A DNA stretch of 63,886 nucleotides, counting the filler, from Aduncisulcus paluster (Eukaryota), in the NCBI GenBank assembly GCA_024181965.1. It is 10 parts of 10 records of this genome, joined end to end, with 100 filler letters (N's around TTAATTAATTAA, not from the genome) between each part and the next. Parts side by side here need not be neighbours in the genome. Positions count along the whole stretch, not along the records: positions 21,643 to 32,940 come from BQXS01000173.1; positions 33,041 to 34,610 come from BQXS01000174.1; positions 34,711 to 44,738 come from BQXS01000175.1; 7 more parts are not named here. The stretch is one strand, 5' to 3'. Every line of letters starts with the position of its first letter. Position 1 is the stretch's first letter. A program made the position numbers and the translations under genes. The notes beneath the pieces were generated by a model, which was not told where the DNA came from, did no database searches, and worked only from the letters and a program-made list of their open reading frames with translations. Positions 24,316 through 36,731 of this stretch are shown here, in pieces.

Positions 24316-27300
24316 ATGAAATATGTTTTGACTAGTTTTATTTTTATATTCTTTTTTTTATTAGTGGATGCGACAACCACTCGCAAATCCATAGATGTTT
24401 CTACTTCTTCAAAAGATGATATCGAATCTGTTTTTTCCGATCTTTGTCAACAAATAACCGATAATTCCCAAGATATTGGAATATTAGAGATAAATGCCAC
24501 CAATACATCTTCAAATATTTTTTCTATTCAAGATTCGTTGACTTTAAAATGCCCTCATGTAAAAATTGGATCTTCTGGCGATAAGAGGATATCCCTTCAA
24601 ATTGGAGGAATTGTATTGTATGATTCTTTAGATATAGAGGACATTACAATTTGTTCTATCATCGAGGACGACAATTCCATTTCTATTTCTGGATCTCTTC
24701 GAGGTGGAACTGCTAATCTGAAAAGTACTGATTTGATTAATATAGAATTGGCTTCTTCTGCTTCTAGTATTATTGAAGGCGATGGAACAGTGGTTGTTTC
24801 CTCATCTACTGTGTCCTTCTTGTCTCTGATTGTCGGGGCTGGAGGTAGCCTAAATTTGCAGCAGTATGCGCATGTAACAATCCTAGGAAGTTTGTACCTG
24901 AGTGGATTAGTGAATATAAGTGATTACAATACATCCAGCAACAGTTATAATGATGTTGTTGGATCTTTTCTTAAAGTAGGCGGAGATATCATCAGTGAAA
25001 CCGATGATGGACAGATATACATTAACAAGGCAACCCAAAGTATCAATGGAAATCAATCGAGCGGCCTCACAGGGAACAGTACATCCGATTCCAATTCTGA
25101 GGAAGTTATGGCTCTCGTCAACGTTGGGGGATCATTCTGTTACAATTCAAGCATCACCACGCATTCATTGGTTATGGCCAATGTCACAAATGAGTCCTCT
25201 TTTGCTCCTATTCGGATTAATCTAGGACCTTCCTTCTGCAATCCAGATACCTATACCCTTGGGTTGTATCGACCTCAAGTGAGCAGTATTTCGAGTGTTC
25301 AGGCCATTGGAGGTGTGTTCGAACTTGGAAAGAGTGACCTTGGAAGCTCCGTTATGTTTGAGGTTACTGCTGGTGAGTTCGAAGATGTCCAGGCCCTTGC
25401 TGGTTCTGTTTTCTATACATCAAGTCCGTTTAGGTGTTCTGCGAGTACAACTTTCAGCGATGACCTCAAAGGCCTCGGAATTATCTATATCAACGCAGAT
25501 GTTGCCTTTGATACTGTCACTATGACCTCAGCTGGTTCTGAACCTGTCTCTACCCTCACGACAAGTGCTCAAGCAATGAGGAAGTTCTTGGTTGCTGATG
25601 AGACCTCGCCCTTAGATAATATCCAACATTTGCTTACTCTTTGTGCCAGTATCACTTCCTTCGGGAATCCAGTCGTAACCTCACCTGTCCACATTTGCAG
25701 GAGAGAAGATGTGGTNNNNNNNNNNNNNNNNNNNNTACTGTCACTATGACCTCAGCTGGTTCTGAACCTGTCTCTACCCTCACGACAAGTGCTCAAGCAA
25801 TGAGGAAGTTCTTGGTTGCTGATGAGACCTCGCCCTTAGATAATATCCAACATTTGCTTACTCTTTGTGCCAGTATCACTTCCTTCGGGAATCCAGTCGT
25901 AACCTCACCTGTCCACATTTGCATGAGAGAAGATGTGGTCGATGAGAATGGGAACACTTCAACGATAGAGCATTGTCCATCAATGCACAAGGAATACCAG
26001 CCTCCCCATGCTTCTCTCTTTTATCCCTTGTTCATGTCAGTGCCTTGCCCAGACTGTAGTTCTCCACCAAGCCCATATAACTGGTATTCTGCATCTGCTA
26101 CACAGTTTCTTGAAGAATTCTATGATGCTCTTGACGATGATCTTGATGTGGCTCCATACATACGCTCTCTCAATAATGGTTCCAACTATGATCGTATTGG
26201 TCTCTCACCTCTGGCGAGTCATCGTGTTAAAGTATCTTCTGATCCTATTCCCATTACAAATGTGACTTCCACTTCAGATTACACCCCCTTGTGGGTGGAA
26301 CAGGCCATGGAAGATGCAAACTATAGTCATAATCCTTTCGAAATTGACGTGACCTCTTATTCAAGCTGTTTGAGTGATCCATATTCGAACCCTGATCTCT
26401 GCACTTGTATTGTTGACCCCTACAGCAATGAGGCCTTGTGCAATGTCGAAGTCGATGATATTATCAATGATTCTGATACCTACCCTGATCTCGACTCTGA
26501 TGTGTCAAGTGTGCTCTTTTCTTCATCTTGGGTGAGTGAGACACTGTCAAAGTTTGTATCCTTCGAAAATCCATCATTCTTGGATAATTCTGACGAGGAT
26601 TCCATCATATCTTCTTCTGTGATTGGATATTCCACTTTAGATGTAACCATGTTCACTCTCGACTCTGGTGCTCCCAGTTCCTATCCTTTCCTTGATTCTA
26701 CAAGTTCTCTGGCGTCTTCCTCGAGTTCTTCGTCTTCAACGACCTCTTCCGCTGTTATTCACACCCTACGTGTTGTTTTCAGGGATTATTTCGGTCAGCT
26801 CAGCGCCCCCGTTCAGAAGATGGACATTGGGGTTGGTGTCAGTTTTGAGGATATTGCTTTCTATCGGCCAGGTGTTGAGCCTTCATATGTGACTGTTAAT
26901 GCCTCATATGTGATGCAACACACAAATATTCCCGATTCGCTGGCTGAAGATAGTTCTACGAAGGATAACAGCGATGAGCTCATATATGAACGTGTGAGAG
27001 ACGATGATGTTGAAGTTTACATACCCATCACGCTCACAACTCCCATTGAAGATATTTATGGCTTTGGGTTCATTTTTGTGAAGCAGGCAAGCACTCTTCT
27101 TCCTTATAAATTCCCTATTCACGTTAATGTGTGTCAACTCGGTGCCACCCTCGTGTATCCAAGCAACAATAAGTTCCGAGGGGTCTGCTCATTTTGTGAT
27201 AGTGGGTACTATAAAATTGAGACAAAAAGAGGATCCGAGTGCATTGCTTGCCCCGATCATGTACAGTGTTTTGGTGGTAATATTGTTGGTGTTGATGAAG

Positions 27301-30300
27301 GCTGGTGGTTGCAATATACTGAGTTAGACCAGACTAACACTGCTATCGTTGCGCTCTCAGATGACTCGGATTCAAGTTCAGATGCTCTGTACACCCCTTA
27401 TGCCGATACAGATGGTTCCCTATTGCTCTATCCTTGTCCCGGTGGAACTTCTCAATGTCCAGGAAATGCTTCTGTCCTTGCTCTCTCTTTGTCTCTCTCC
27501 ACTTCTGTCAAGTCGGCCATGTGTGACGGTGGAAGTGAAGGTATATTGTGTGCTACTTGTTCTGACGATAATATGTATTCTGACGGACTTGGGTGTAAGA
27601 CATGTCCTTCTCAGGGAACTGAAATGGTCATCTCATTCGCTATCTGCGGTGGTGTTTGTCTCATTGTTCTCATTTTCCTGTTTGTGGGTCTATGTCGTGT
27701 GGCTTCTGTTACTGAGACCCGTGACACGCGTTGGAAACGTTGGAAGCGTGGAGAACGTGTTGATGAAATGTGGCAATGTGAATTGGAGCAACAAAAGCGG
27801 AAACAGATCGAGCAAGAGAAGTTTAGAAAACGTCTTGCGATGAAAGCTCTTATTCAAGATAGAGTTAAGCAAAGGAAGGCCTTGGAGGCCAATGAAAAGG
27901 CTCAAGATATTGTTGTTGATGGGAAAGGCACTGATGTCTCAACTGCTGAAAAATCCAACGGTGGAGGTCTTGTCAGTATAAAAAGTGCTCCAAACTTACA
28001 CTCATCCTCTGAAAACAATGGAATTCACTTCCGTAAGGCGAGTATTCCCCGTTCTAGAAGTGGAAGTCTGTTGGGTTCTTCTGGAATTGCTGTTCCCGTC
28101 CAAAAACCAGGGACTGCTCAGATTCGTGCTGAAAATGCAATAGCGAAAGAGGCATTCGGCATTGACTTTGAGAAATCTCCAGAAGCCGAGGATGGGACTC
28201 CTGTTCACAGTGGTGGCGATGAAGTTCAAGTCGTCCATATCATTAGTGCAGATGAGAGTGAAGACTCCTGTGAAGATGATAAAGGGACTTCAAAGGTTCA
28301 AAATGAAGGTATGGATAAGGGTGACTCTGGTCTTGGTCTTGGTCCTAATAAGGAAGGTGGGGAAGACGATGATGTTGTCATTGGACATCCTTCTGCTCCT
28401 GTATCCAACCCTCCAGCTCCACTCTTGCCCATACCCATTGCTTGTCATGTTGTTAAGGAAGAGGATGAGGGGAAACTATCTCCTTCCAGCTCTGGTTCTC
28501 AGCTGACGAAACCCTCGCCTGATCCTCAGGGCGCTGGATCTGGACGTTCGACTCGAGCATCTTCTGTATCCGATGAGCCACGGGAAATTTCTATATCCTC
28601 ATCGAGCAGTGAAGGAGTAATCAAGAGTGCAAGAAGGCAACTGGAAGACGAAGGATTGTTCTCTTCAAAGCAACCTGATGGCACTGAAGAGACTGGACAG
28701 AAACGAGTTGTTGTTGGATTTAGATCTGGTCTGACTGAGCGCGAAAGACAAAAACTTCCTCAGCTCGATGATGGAGAGGAGAAACAGCTTCGTTCCATTC
28801 TCTCTCTGCCATCCTTCAATGCTTACACTGAAAAACAGAAGAAGGTTAAGCAAGAAATGCAAGACAAGCAAAAAAAGTATTCAAAGACTGCACTGACCTC
28901 TTTCTCTCCCTCTTTTGCTCTCATGATGTTTATCCATCATTTCCAGTTATTTAGTGTCATTCCTTCCTCTTCCACCAGCACCAGTGAGTCGTCTTTCCCC
29001 CCTATGTCTCTGTGGGTCTACATTGAGTGTATATTCTTTGATAAAGCCACATCTTCCATCAATCCAAACATTCTTATGTATGCCGTGTATATTATCTTGC
29101 CTACTGCTATTGTCTGTCTTTCTTTCCTCATTGCACCGTTGTTAAGGATGTGTTGTGGCATGAAAATGCTGTCCTCGTCGTTGCTGTTTTACTATTTCTG
29201 TGAACTATTACTGTTTACATCCACTCAGGCAGCCGCTGGTGTGTTCATGATCACTTCTGCCTCTGAGAGTGTTGATTCTTCCCAGCAGTGGGTGTGGTTG
29301 ATTGATCCATCTGTGGGTACTGGCGATTCCAACTGGATTGTCCTTGTTGTTATTGCTGCTTGTGCCCTTGTATTCAACTTTATAGTAATTCCACTCCTCC
29401 TTGTTTTTATCTGGAGATACGCTGGTGGTGGCAGAGATGTCGACGAGGAACAAGAAGAACTCGATGATGTGTCCATGTATGACGGTTTTGGCCGGAAAAT
29501 GAACCGACAAAAAACTGTTCTCGAGCTTCGGAGAGAACGGCTCAAACGAATTGCTCTTCGTGAGAAGCGGAAAGAAGAGAAGAAAAAGAAACGTTTAGCT
29601 TCAAAGAAAAGAGCTGCAATTGATGATGAACCTTCTCAAATCCTTGATGAGAATGAGCTAGCTGAGAAAGAAAAGGAGAGGCTGAAGAAAGAGTTCCCAC
29701 CTCCTTTCTTCTTCTCTGACGATCTGAGGGATGGATTCCACGTTATTCCAATTGTTTTATTGATTGTTCGTCTCATGTTTGCAGTCTTGTCCAAACTTAT
29801 TGTTTCGAGACCCTTCTTTGTATACATCAGTGCGTTCATTCTCATTATCCTTCGGTTTATTCTCTTTCTCGTTCAACCATATAACAGAGCCAGATACAAC
29901 TCAATCTTTAGTCTTAGTTTTGATATTTTATGCCTCAGTTTCATTGTCATTGGATTTGTTGAGTCCTTCCTGAGTAACGTCATTTCTTTTGATTCTACCA
30001 TTGCCATTTCCTCCTCTTCCTCGGCTGATGTGGACTTATCAAGCTCTGGGGGAAGTATTATGAACACCACGGCCTTTATATTTGTTGTTGTGATCAATGT
30101 GATATTCCTCTTGTTCTTGTTCGTAAAGTTCTTACCCAAACAGAGAGAAGACATGAAGGAATACCACAGACAACTTCATATCCAGAGGGTCATTGAACGT
30201 CAACTGAGAGAGAGAAGTGGAATGGGTCTGCAGATGCCTGCTGCTGAATATGATGAAAGTGGTAGACTCCGACTTGTTGTCAGGAAAATCAAGAAGATCA

Positions 30301-30608
30301 AGAGAATTCCTTCCGGTCCTGGCACTGCTAAAAGGCAACGGAGGAGAAGAGGAGCCATTCCTATTGAAAACAGTGCTTTTGAGTCATCTAGGACTGGAAC
30401 AGCCGAGGGTATGGAGAGAGTTGTATCTGCACAAAGTTCAGGTTCTCAACAACCTCATCCAAGAGCTTCAAAATGGAATGTTGTCCGAAGCTTGTTTTCC
30501 TCAAAGCTTGGACAAACTCCTGTTATCTCAAGTACAAAGAATAAGTCTGCTATCGTTGATGTCGAAGATAGTGAAGAGAGTGTCGTTAGTCCCATTGCTT
30601 TCGGGTAA
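24316..30608 (+). CDS. Large multi-pass membrane protein: signal peptide, Ser-rich ectodomain, Cys-rich juxtamembrane region, multiple TM helices (about 2,020 aa after collapsing the overlap)
   Basis: 25736 onward duplicates 25512-25715 and joins in frame. Motifs CSFCDSGYY, CIACPDHVQCFGG..VDEGWW, CDGGSEGILCATC and C-terminal VQPYNRARYN resemble widespread protist Cys-rich 7TM-like proteins. Confidence 0.8.
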
Positions 30609-31436
30609 TATTAGAAAGTGCTTCTTATTACAATAGTACAATATAAATCGAAATTCAGATCTTGATTATGTTTCATCTGATTCTTTCAAAGATTAATTTA
30701 CTTTTTTTTTATCTATTTTGTCTATTTTTTGCATCTACCAGATAGGTTGCAATCCAGAATAGTTACTTTGTTATCATGAAAGAATGATTCCTTTGTGTCC
30801 TTTTTTTACAGTTTTTATTCATCTCTTAAATCTATTTTTTGTATTATTAAGATAATAATCTCATTATTCGATTNNNNNNNNNNNNNNNNNNNNAATATTA
30901 GAAAGTGCTTCTTATTACAATAGTACAATATAAATCGAAATTCAGATCTTGATTATGTTTCATCTGATTCTTTCAAAGATTAATTTACTTTTTTTTTATC
31001 TATTTTGTCTATTTTTTGCATCTACCAGATAGGTTGCAATCCAGAATAGTTACTTTGTTATCATGAAAGAATGATTCCTTTGTGTCCTTTTTTTACAGTT
31101 TTTATTCATCTCTTAAATCTATTTTTTGTATTATTAAGATAATAATCTCATTATTCGATTTTATTCAGAACAATTTCCTCTGAACGATCACCTTTTGTCT
31201 GAGCTCAATCTTCCTCATGAAATATTTTTACGTACGTTCTAATTGCAATATTTTGAGGAGACATTTTTTTCGATGCCGTTTTTTATTAGCATGTTCTTAT
31301 CAAATAATATTTGATAATATTTGACAAATATTATCATCGATAGTATCGATAGTCTTCGAAGACTCTTCGAGTAAATTCGATTTTACAGCTATAAAGTAAG
31401 GAAATAGCTTGAAAAGTTTTGTGGTCGCTCAAAACG

Positions 31437-31883
31437 TCACGTACTGAAACACGGTTTCAGTTCAAGAGAAACATCAGTGGGGTTCAGAGGATTCATTGCA
31501 GCAAGTACCCTTGGAATTGCTGATAACTTGACCTTTGGTTCATGTTTAATAACACCAGCTTTGGTCATTAGATGACGTTCATCGCTCTTCTCCATCGATA
31601 CCTTCTTACGCTGTTTCCTCTTCTCCTTAGATGTCAAGAATACAACTGGTTGGAATGATTCAACGTTTAAACGAGAATAAATTGTTGTGGGATAGTCATC
31701 AATTCGTATCTCGTTAACAAAAGATGAAACAATGAAATCTGAGGGGCCTTGTTTTGGAATCAGGAGTCTGTCCCAGGGTTCTACGATTTCAACGGTTTCC
31801 CGAATAAACTTCTCGTACCTTACGCGGGTTGAACCTTGGGATCTCACCGAGATTGGGTTCCTTGTTGAACTTTGTAAGATCAC
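31437..31883 (-). pseudogene. PRP3: Prp3 (U4/U6 snRNP)-like central domain fragment, truncated
   Basis: VEPWD...VFLTSKEKRKQRKK...KAGVIKHEPKVKLSAIPRVL....NPT matches the Prp3 pattern EWWD...YLTKKE.KK.RRQ...RLGL...EPKV.iSNlmRVL....DPT. No ATG start, out of frame with the upstream ORF, and it stops before the C-terminal domain. Confidence 0.65.
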
Positions 31884-31918
31884 ATTTGTTGTCGATCAAG
31901 ATCAAGAACATCAATTGC

Positions 31919-32940
31919 TTATTGATATTTCCATGCCTGATCCTCGGGCACATAAGTATATTCGTACGATGAAGATGGGTTTGAGGAATCTTCTTGTTCT
32001 CTGGATATTTCATGTTCACCCGATTCCGAAGCTTCCTGAATCGACGTCTCCAAAGCAGCTGAGCCTGGAGAAATGAATGATAAAGCTGGAGATGAGGATG
32101 AATCTTCAGAAATCGATACTTTCAAAGCAGATGAATGCATTGGTAGTTCTCCATTCCAAACACTATATCCTTGGCTTCTTTGAAGTTGAGCATACGCGCT
32201 GCTTGTGTTTTGAATGCTCATGATATGTCTCCCAATGCCAGCACCATCCTGATTCTCCAAATATCGCTTGATGTTATATACATCAACATTAGGGTATATC
32301 TCCATGTGGGAAACATGGGTAGAAGACTCATCAAGAGGAATTTCTTCTTCCTTTTCTTCTTCAATATCTCCTTCAATTTCTTCTTCCTCATCTTCTTCCT
32401 CCTCTTCTCCATACTCCTCTTCAATTTGTTTTTCAGAAAATTCATCCCTGATTTCCTCTTCCTTTGAGATTGGCAAAGGTTCATTTTGTTTGGGTACTTT
32501 CCTCGCCATCAAGAAATTAAAATCAAATAAATCAACTTCTTTTGGAGGTATATGCATTGATATTGGCTTTGGAACAACCTTTGGAGAAGTTGGTTTTGAA
32601 ATGATGGTTTGAGTCTTTGGAATAATAGTTAACTCAGACATTTGGACTGGAATGGTTTTCGATTGGGGACCAATCGGCCTCTCCGAAAAAAAATTATCCT
32701 CTTCCTCCTCTTCTTCCTCCTCTTCTCCATACTCCTCTTCAATTTGTTTTTCAGAAAATTCATCCCTGATTTCCTCTTCCTTTGAGATTGGCAAAGGTTC
32801 ATTTTGTTTGGGTACTTTCCTCGCCATCAAGAAATTAAAATCAAATAAATCAACTTCTTTTGGAGGTATATGCATTGATATTGGCTTTGGAACAACCTTT
32901 GGAGAAGTTGGTTTTGAAATGATGGTTTGAGTCTTTGGAA
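31919..32940 (-). CDS. Glu-rich protein fragment with a 106-aa tandem repeat (5'-partial); may be the N-terminal part of the Prp3-like gene
   Basis: Frame open from the contig edge to TAA at 31919-31921; repeat period 318 nt. Confidence 0.55.
32387..32940. repeat. 318-nt period tandem duplication
   Basis: About 32387-32622 is nearly identical to about 32705-32940 with no N gap between; the contig ends inside the repeat. Confidence 0.85.
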
Positions 32941-33040
32941 NNNNNNNNNNNNNNNNNNNNNNNNNNNNNNNNNNNNNNNNNNNNTTAATTAATTAANNNN
33001 NNNNNNNNNNNNNNNNNNNNNNNNNNNNNNNNNNNNNNNN

Positions 33041-33202
33041 CCGAGCTTTTTCTCCAATGGCTCCAATTGTTGTCAAGGCGAAGGGTATCAAAAGATAGGG
33101 TTGGTGCTTTTTAGCACAGCCTGTATCAACAATATTGGCAAAAGGGTCTTGAACGTAGCTCGTTTTCGAACTAGCGTCCTGCTTCTCAGTACTGGAAGCT
33201 CT
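33041..33202 (-). mobile_element. Possible restriction-like endonuclease (RLE) remnant of a non-LTR retrotransposon
   Basis: Minus-strand translation ...GCAKKHQPYLLIPFALTTIGAIGEKAR resembles the RLE C-terminal motif (f.Pfa.et.G.lG..A); upstream frame is interrupted by stops. Confidence 0.45.
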
Positions 33203-33719
33203 TATTAATATATTTCATTTGTTGTTGGGGGTCCAAACATAACTTCTTTGATACATGTCAACCCATCAATATTTATCGGGAATTCCAACGGCAAGGCAAG
33301 GATTTTGTATTTAGTGTTTTATAGAAAATAATAAAAAAATCATTTTTTTTGAACAGGGCAACCTGGGTGTCTTTGGTATGCTAGAGGGGTAAGCTCTCAT
33401 AATATGATATTTTTTTTTATTTAGCTTCTAATATTTTCAGAAATTAAACCGACAAAAAAAAGTAAACATCGTCGTAGAGCGATTCTAATGCCGTTTTTGA
33501 GCACTACTCAGGAGGTCGGTATTTATTAAGGTAATATCAAAACTAAATAAAATATATATATATTAAGTTAATTTGCTTATTAGTTCCGGAGATATTTTGT
33601 ACTTTATTCTCATTCAAAAAAATTGCTGATTCGAAGTGTTTGTTTTTGTCAAAAATAATGGATTATATTAAAAAAAAACCAAAATAATCATGATATTAGA
33701 TACTATCTAATATACTTTT

Positions 33720-34266
33720 TGTTATTTTATGGAACAAATCTGACAACATCCGTTGATACCTTGATCATTGGCTGTACTACATGCCATTCTTCGGGAGTTC
33801 ATACTATGAATACTATTCCTCGTTTATTTTCATCGTCAATCCTATTATGTTCTCCATCCAAAAGATCAATATCAGCTTCCGACGATGTTCTAGAAAAATG
33901 TTATATGCACCCGTTCTGCACGTGTTATTCGGGGAGATGCGCCGTATATTAACACACCAAAACCACATTCATCTTCAAATATTGACCAAAACTTTATGAC
34001 TGCACGTGAAACCAAAAGTATGGAAAGATACGACTCTTCGTACTCTGTTGATCGAAAGCCTATGAGTGCACGTCAATTTGGATAATCTCTGCTTCTCAGA
34101 TGCCATTGACGAAGAAAATGAGCACCATACACATGCTACTGATACTTTGAACCCGCTAGTTAAGGATTATGATGCTTCTGCTTTCTTGGGACACTCGACA
34201 AACAGAGTACACGTCAATATACATCATCTGAGAGGATTATGTCACAGTCTGTTCCACCCGATTTAG
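33720..34266 (+). pseudogene. Possible decayed coding sequence
   Basis: Protein-like stretches (SSSILLCSPSKRSISASDDVLEK; TPKPHSSSNIDQNFMTARETKSMERYDSS; DAIDEENEHH) lie in different frames within a more GC-rich island. Confidence 0.3.
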
Positions 34267-34710
34267 GAATATTCTTGAAATCGAATTCATTTGCTCATTC
34301 CACTTCCGCTAGATACCCAGAAAAATACGAATTGACCCTCAGATGGGTATTATGTAGTTTATTATGATGAAAATCCCACATAAATGCAATATATGAGTGA
34401 TTATGTTTATTGATTGTAATGATGAGGTAGGGATAAAGTTGATACCTGTCACAATTATCTGTGATAAAGTAGATAAAATAAAAACATTATGATAACACTG
34501 AAAATGACTAAAAAATGAAATATTCTTAAATTATAGAAATCTATTTGTTCTCATTCAAAGACATAATTACTACATGATCAAATGGGAAAATAGTCATATT
34601 AAAAAACAATNNNNNNNNNNNNNNNNNNNNNNNNNNNNNNNNNNNNNNNNNNNNTTAATTAATTAANNNNNNNNNNNNNNNNNNNNNNNNNNNNNNNNNN
34701 NNNNNNNNNN

Positions 34711-36731
34711 GAGAAAGAGATGTGAATGATGATATATTACGGTTTAATGGCCGACGTCCAGGAAGTTGAGTTGTGTGTGGTCGAGCAGGTAACATATTCC
34801 CTTCCCTATCGTACTGAATCCGAGCACTACCAACATGACGACCAGACACAAATGAAGATGGATCATCTGTATCCGTGACTGAAGATACTTCATGTCTTCG
34901 ACTGCTCGTCATGGATGTGCTTGGCATGGATGTTGAGGGAAGATGTGGTGAGAAACGTCCCTTGTTTCTATGATTACCTTCCACCAACATCAGATGAGAA
35001 TGGGCAAGAGGGGCAGAGGATCGAAGGTCCACAAATGGAGATGGTTTAAACGTCGAAGGGATAAGCATGGATTGTATCATGGCACCATCGGGTGTGTTGG
35101 GTGGGAAAGCAGTAATTGTATCCATAATCCCCTGTCGTTGTCTTGCAAGGGCCCTCTTACGTTCTTCTGAGGCTCCAGATATACTATTAAAACGACCACT
35201 GCCTCCACCAACACTTTCTACACCTCTTCTACGACAATGGAGGGCAGGGGAACGGGATTTTGGAATGCCGGAAGAAGCCAGTCTGGCCGCTTGAATATGT
35301 CCATGTTCTGGCGTTTGCAAACGAGAATACTGATCTGTTGTTTCTCTTCTTCTTCCCAGATCCATGGATCTCCTTGTTCGAGCTTGAGATGTGGCTGGAC
35401 GACCATGAGTAGCACTACTTCTTGAATTACTTGTAGTAGAAAGGGAGGAAGGAGGGATACTAAAATACTGTTTACGACGGAGAATTTCATCAGTAGCCGG
35501 TGATTTAGCACTATCTCTACGTATAGATTGAAATGTAGGACGGAAAACTCCACCACTGACACCAGATAGTGCCATTCCAGAGCTCTCATATACTGTACCA
35601 TCATATCCAAAATGTTTAGTACAGTATAGCTCAGGTCTTTGTTGTTGACATCGATGAGTATGTTGATGTTCAGGAACGTCTCGTGGTACATCAATGGTCG
35701 GCGATGCTGGAATATAATGGTCCATCTGTTCCCCATAGATTGGTGGAGGAAACTCTGGTTCCTGTTCATCCATAATTACCCTATCTCTGAATTGATAACT
35801 TCTATCATCCAAAAACATATCCATTCCTCGGTCTTCTCGGTCCTTATCACCACTGNNNNNNNNNNNNNNNNNNNNTCAGGAACGTCTCGTGGTACATCAA
35901 TGGTCGGCGATGCTGGAATATAATGGTCCATCTGTTCCCCATAGATTGGTGGAGGAAACTCTGGTTCCTGTTCATCCATAATTACCCTATCTCTGAATTG
36001 ATAACTTCTATCATCCAAAAACATATCCATTCCTCGGTCTTCTCGGTCCTTATCACCACTGGGATTACTGTGGGGTCTGGGACCAGGAATTCCAGCAAAC
36101 TCATTCTTTTGGTCAAACTCATTATGTTGTTCAAAATCATCAATGGTAGGCAGCCTATCAGGAGGTACTGGGCCATATTGTCCAGTTTCTAAATAAATTG
36201 ACAAATTCTTTCGAGGTTTCAGAGGGGCTTGTTCACCATGGAGACCAGTGACAACGGGGAAGTCAATACCATGCTGAAGCCGATCAATATCAACCGATCT
36301 ATGATCAAATATATCATATAATTCCGAATCTACAACTCTACGATTTCGGTGAGATCTTGAACCTGGATCCACAGTCCAAGGTCTATCGGGGTTTTTTGAA
36401 GCTTTGGATGAAATAATTTTTGCAGTTTTCGGCGAAATTTGTTTATATCTTTCAAATTTTCTTGCTATTTCTAAAGCTTCCCTATCTTTTGGTGACTGAA
36501 GCTCAATCTCCTGATTATGTCTTTTTCTTACTTTGTTTCTATTTTTTCGTGCATATTCTTTCCGAGCTAACGCAATGGTAATTCTTCTCGCAGAAGCTCT
36601 ATTTATATTTCAAGTATATTTCGAAAATGTTAATAAACATGGGATTCAGTTTTTAAATTACAGATTTAATTTATAAAAACATACGTATCAAAGGGAATTG
36701 AAGAAAAAAGAGAGGCCTTTTGAGTCTTCAT
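34711..36731 (-). CDS. Hypothetical Ser/Arg/Pro-rich, probably disordered protein; exon 1 36731-36685, intron 36684-36599, 3'-partial
   Basis: MKTQKASLFSSIPFD-T-ASARRITIALARKE... joins across an 86-nt GTATGT...AAATAG intron, runs in frame into ORF 35776-36372 and, after collapsing the 20-N overlap, into ORF 34655-35824. Confidence 0.75.

Noticed and set aside
31297-31386. CRISPR array, terminator or structured RNA gene
   Set aside because: No repeat-spacer periodicity. The hairpins overlap and are mutually exclusive with 0-1 nt loops, unlike a stable RNA fold, and the context is eukaryotic.
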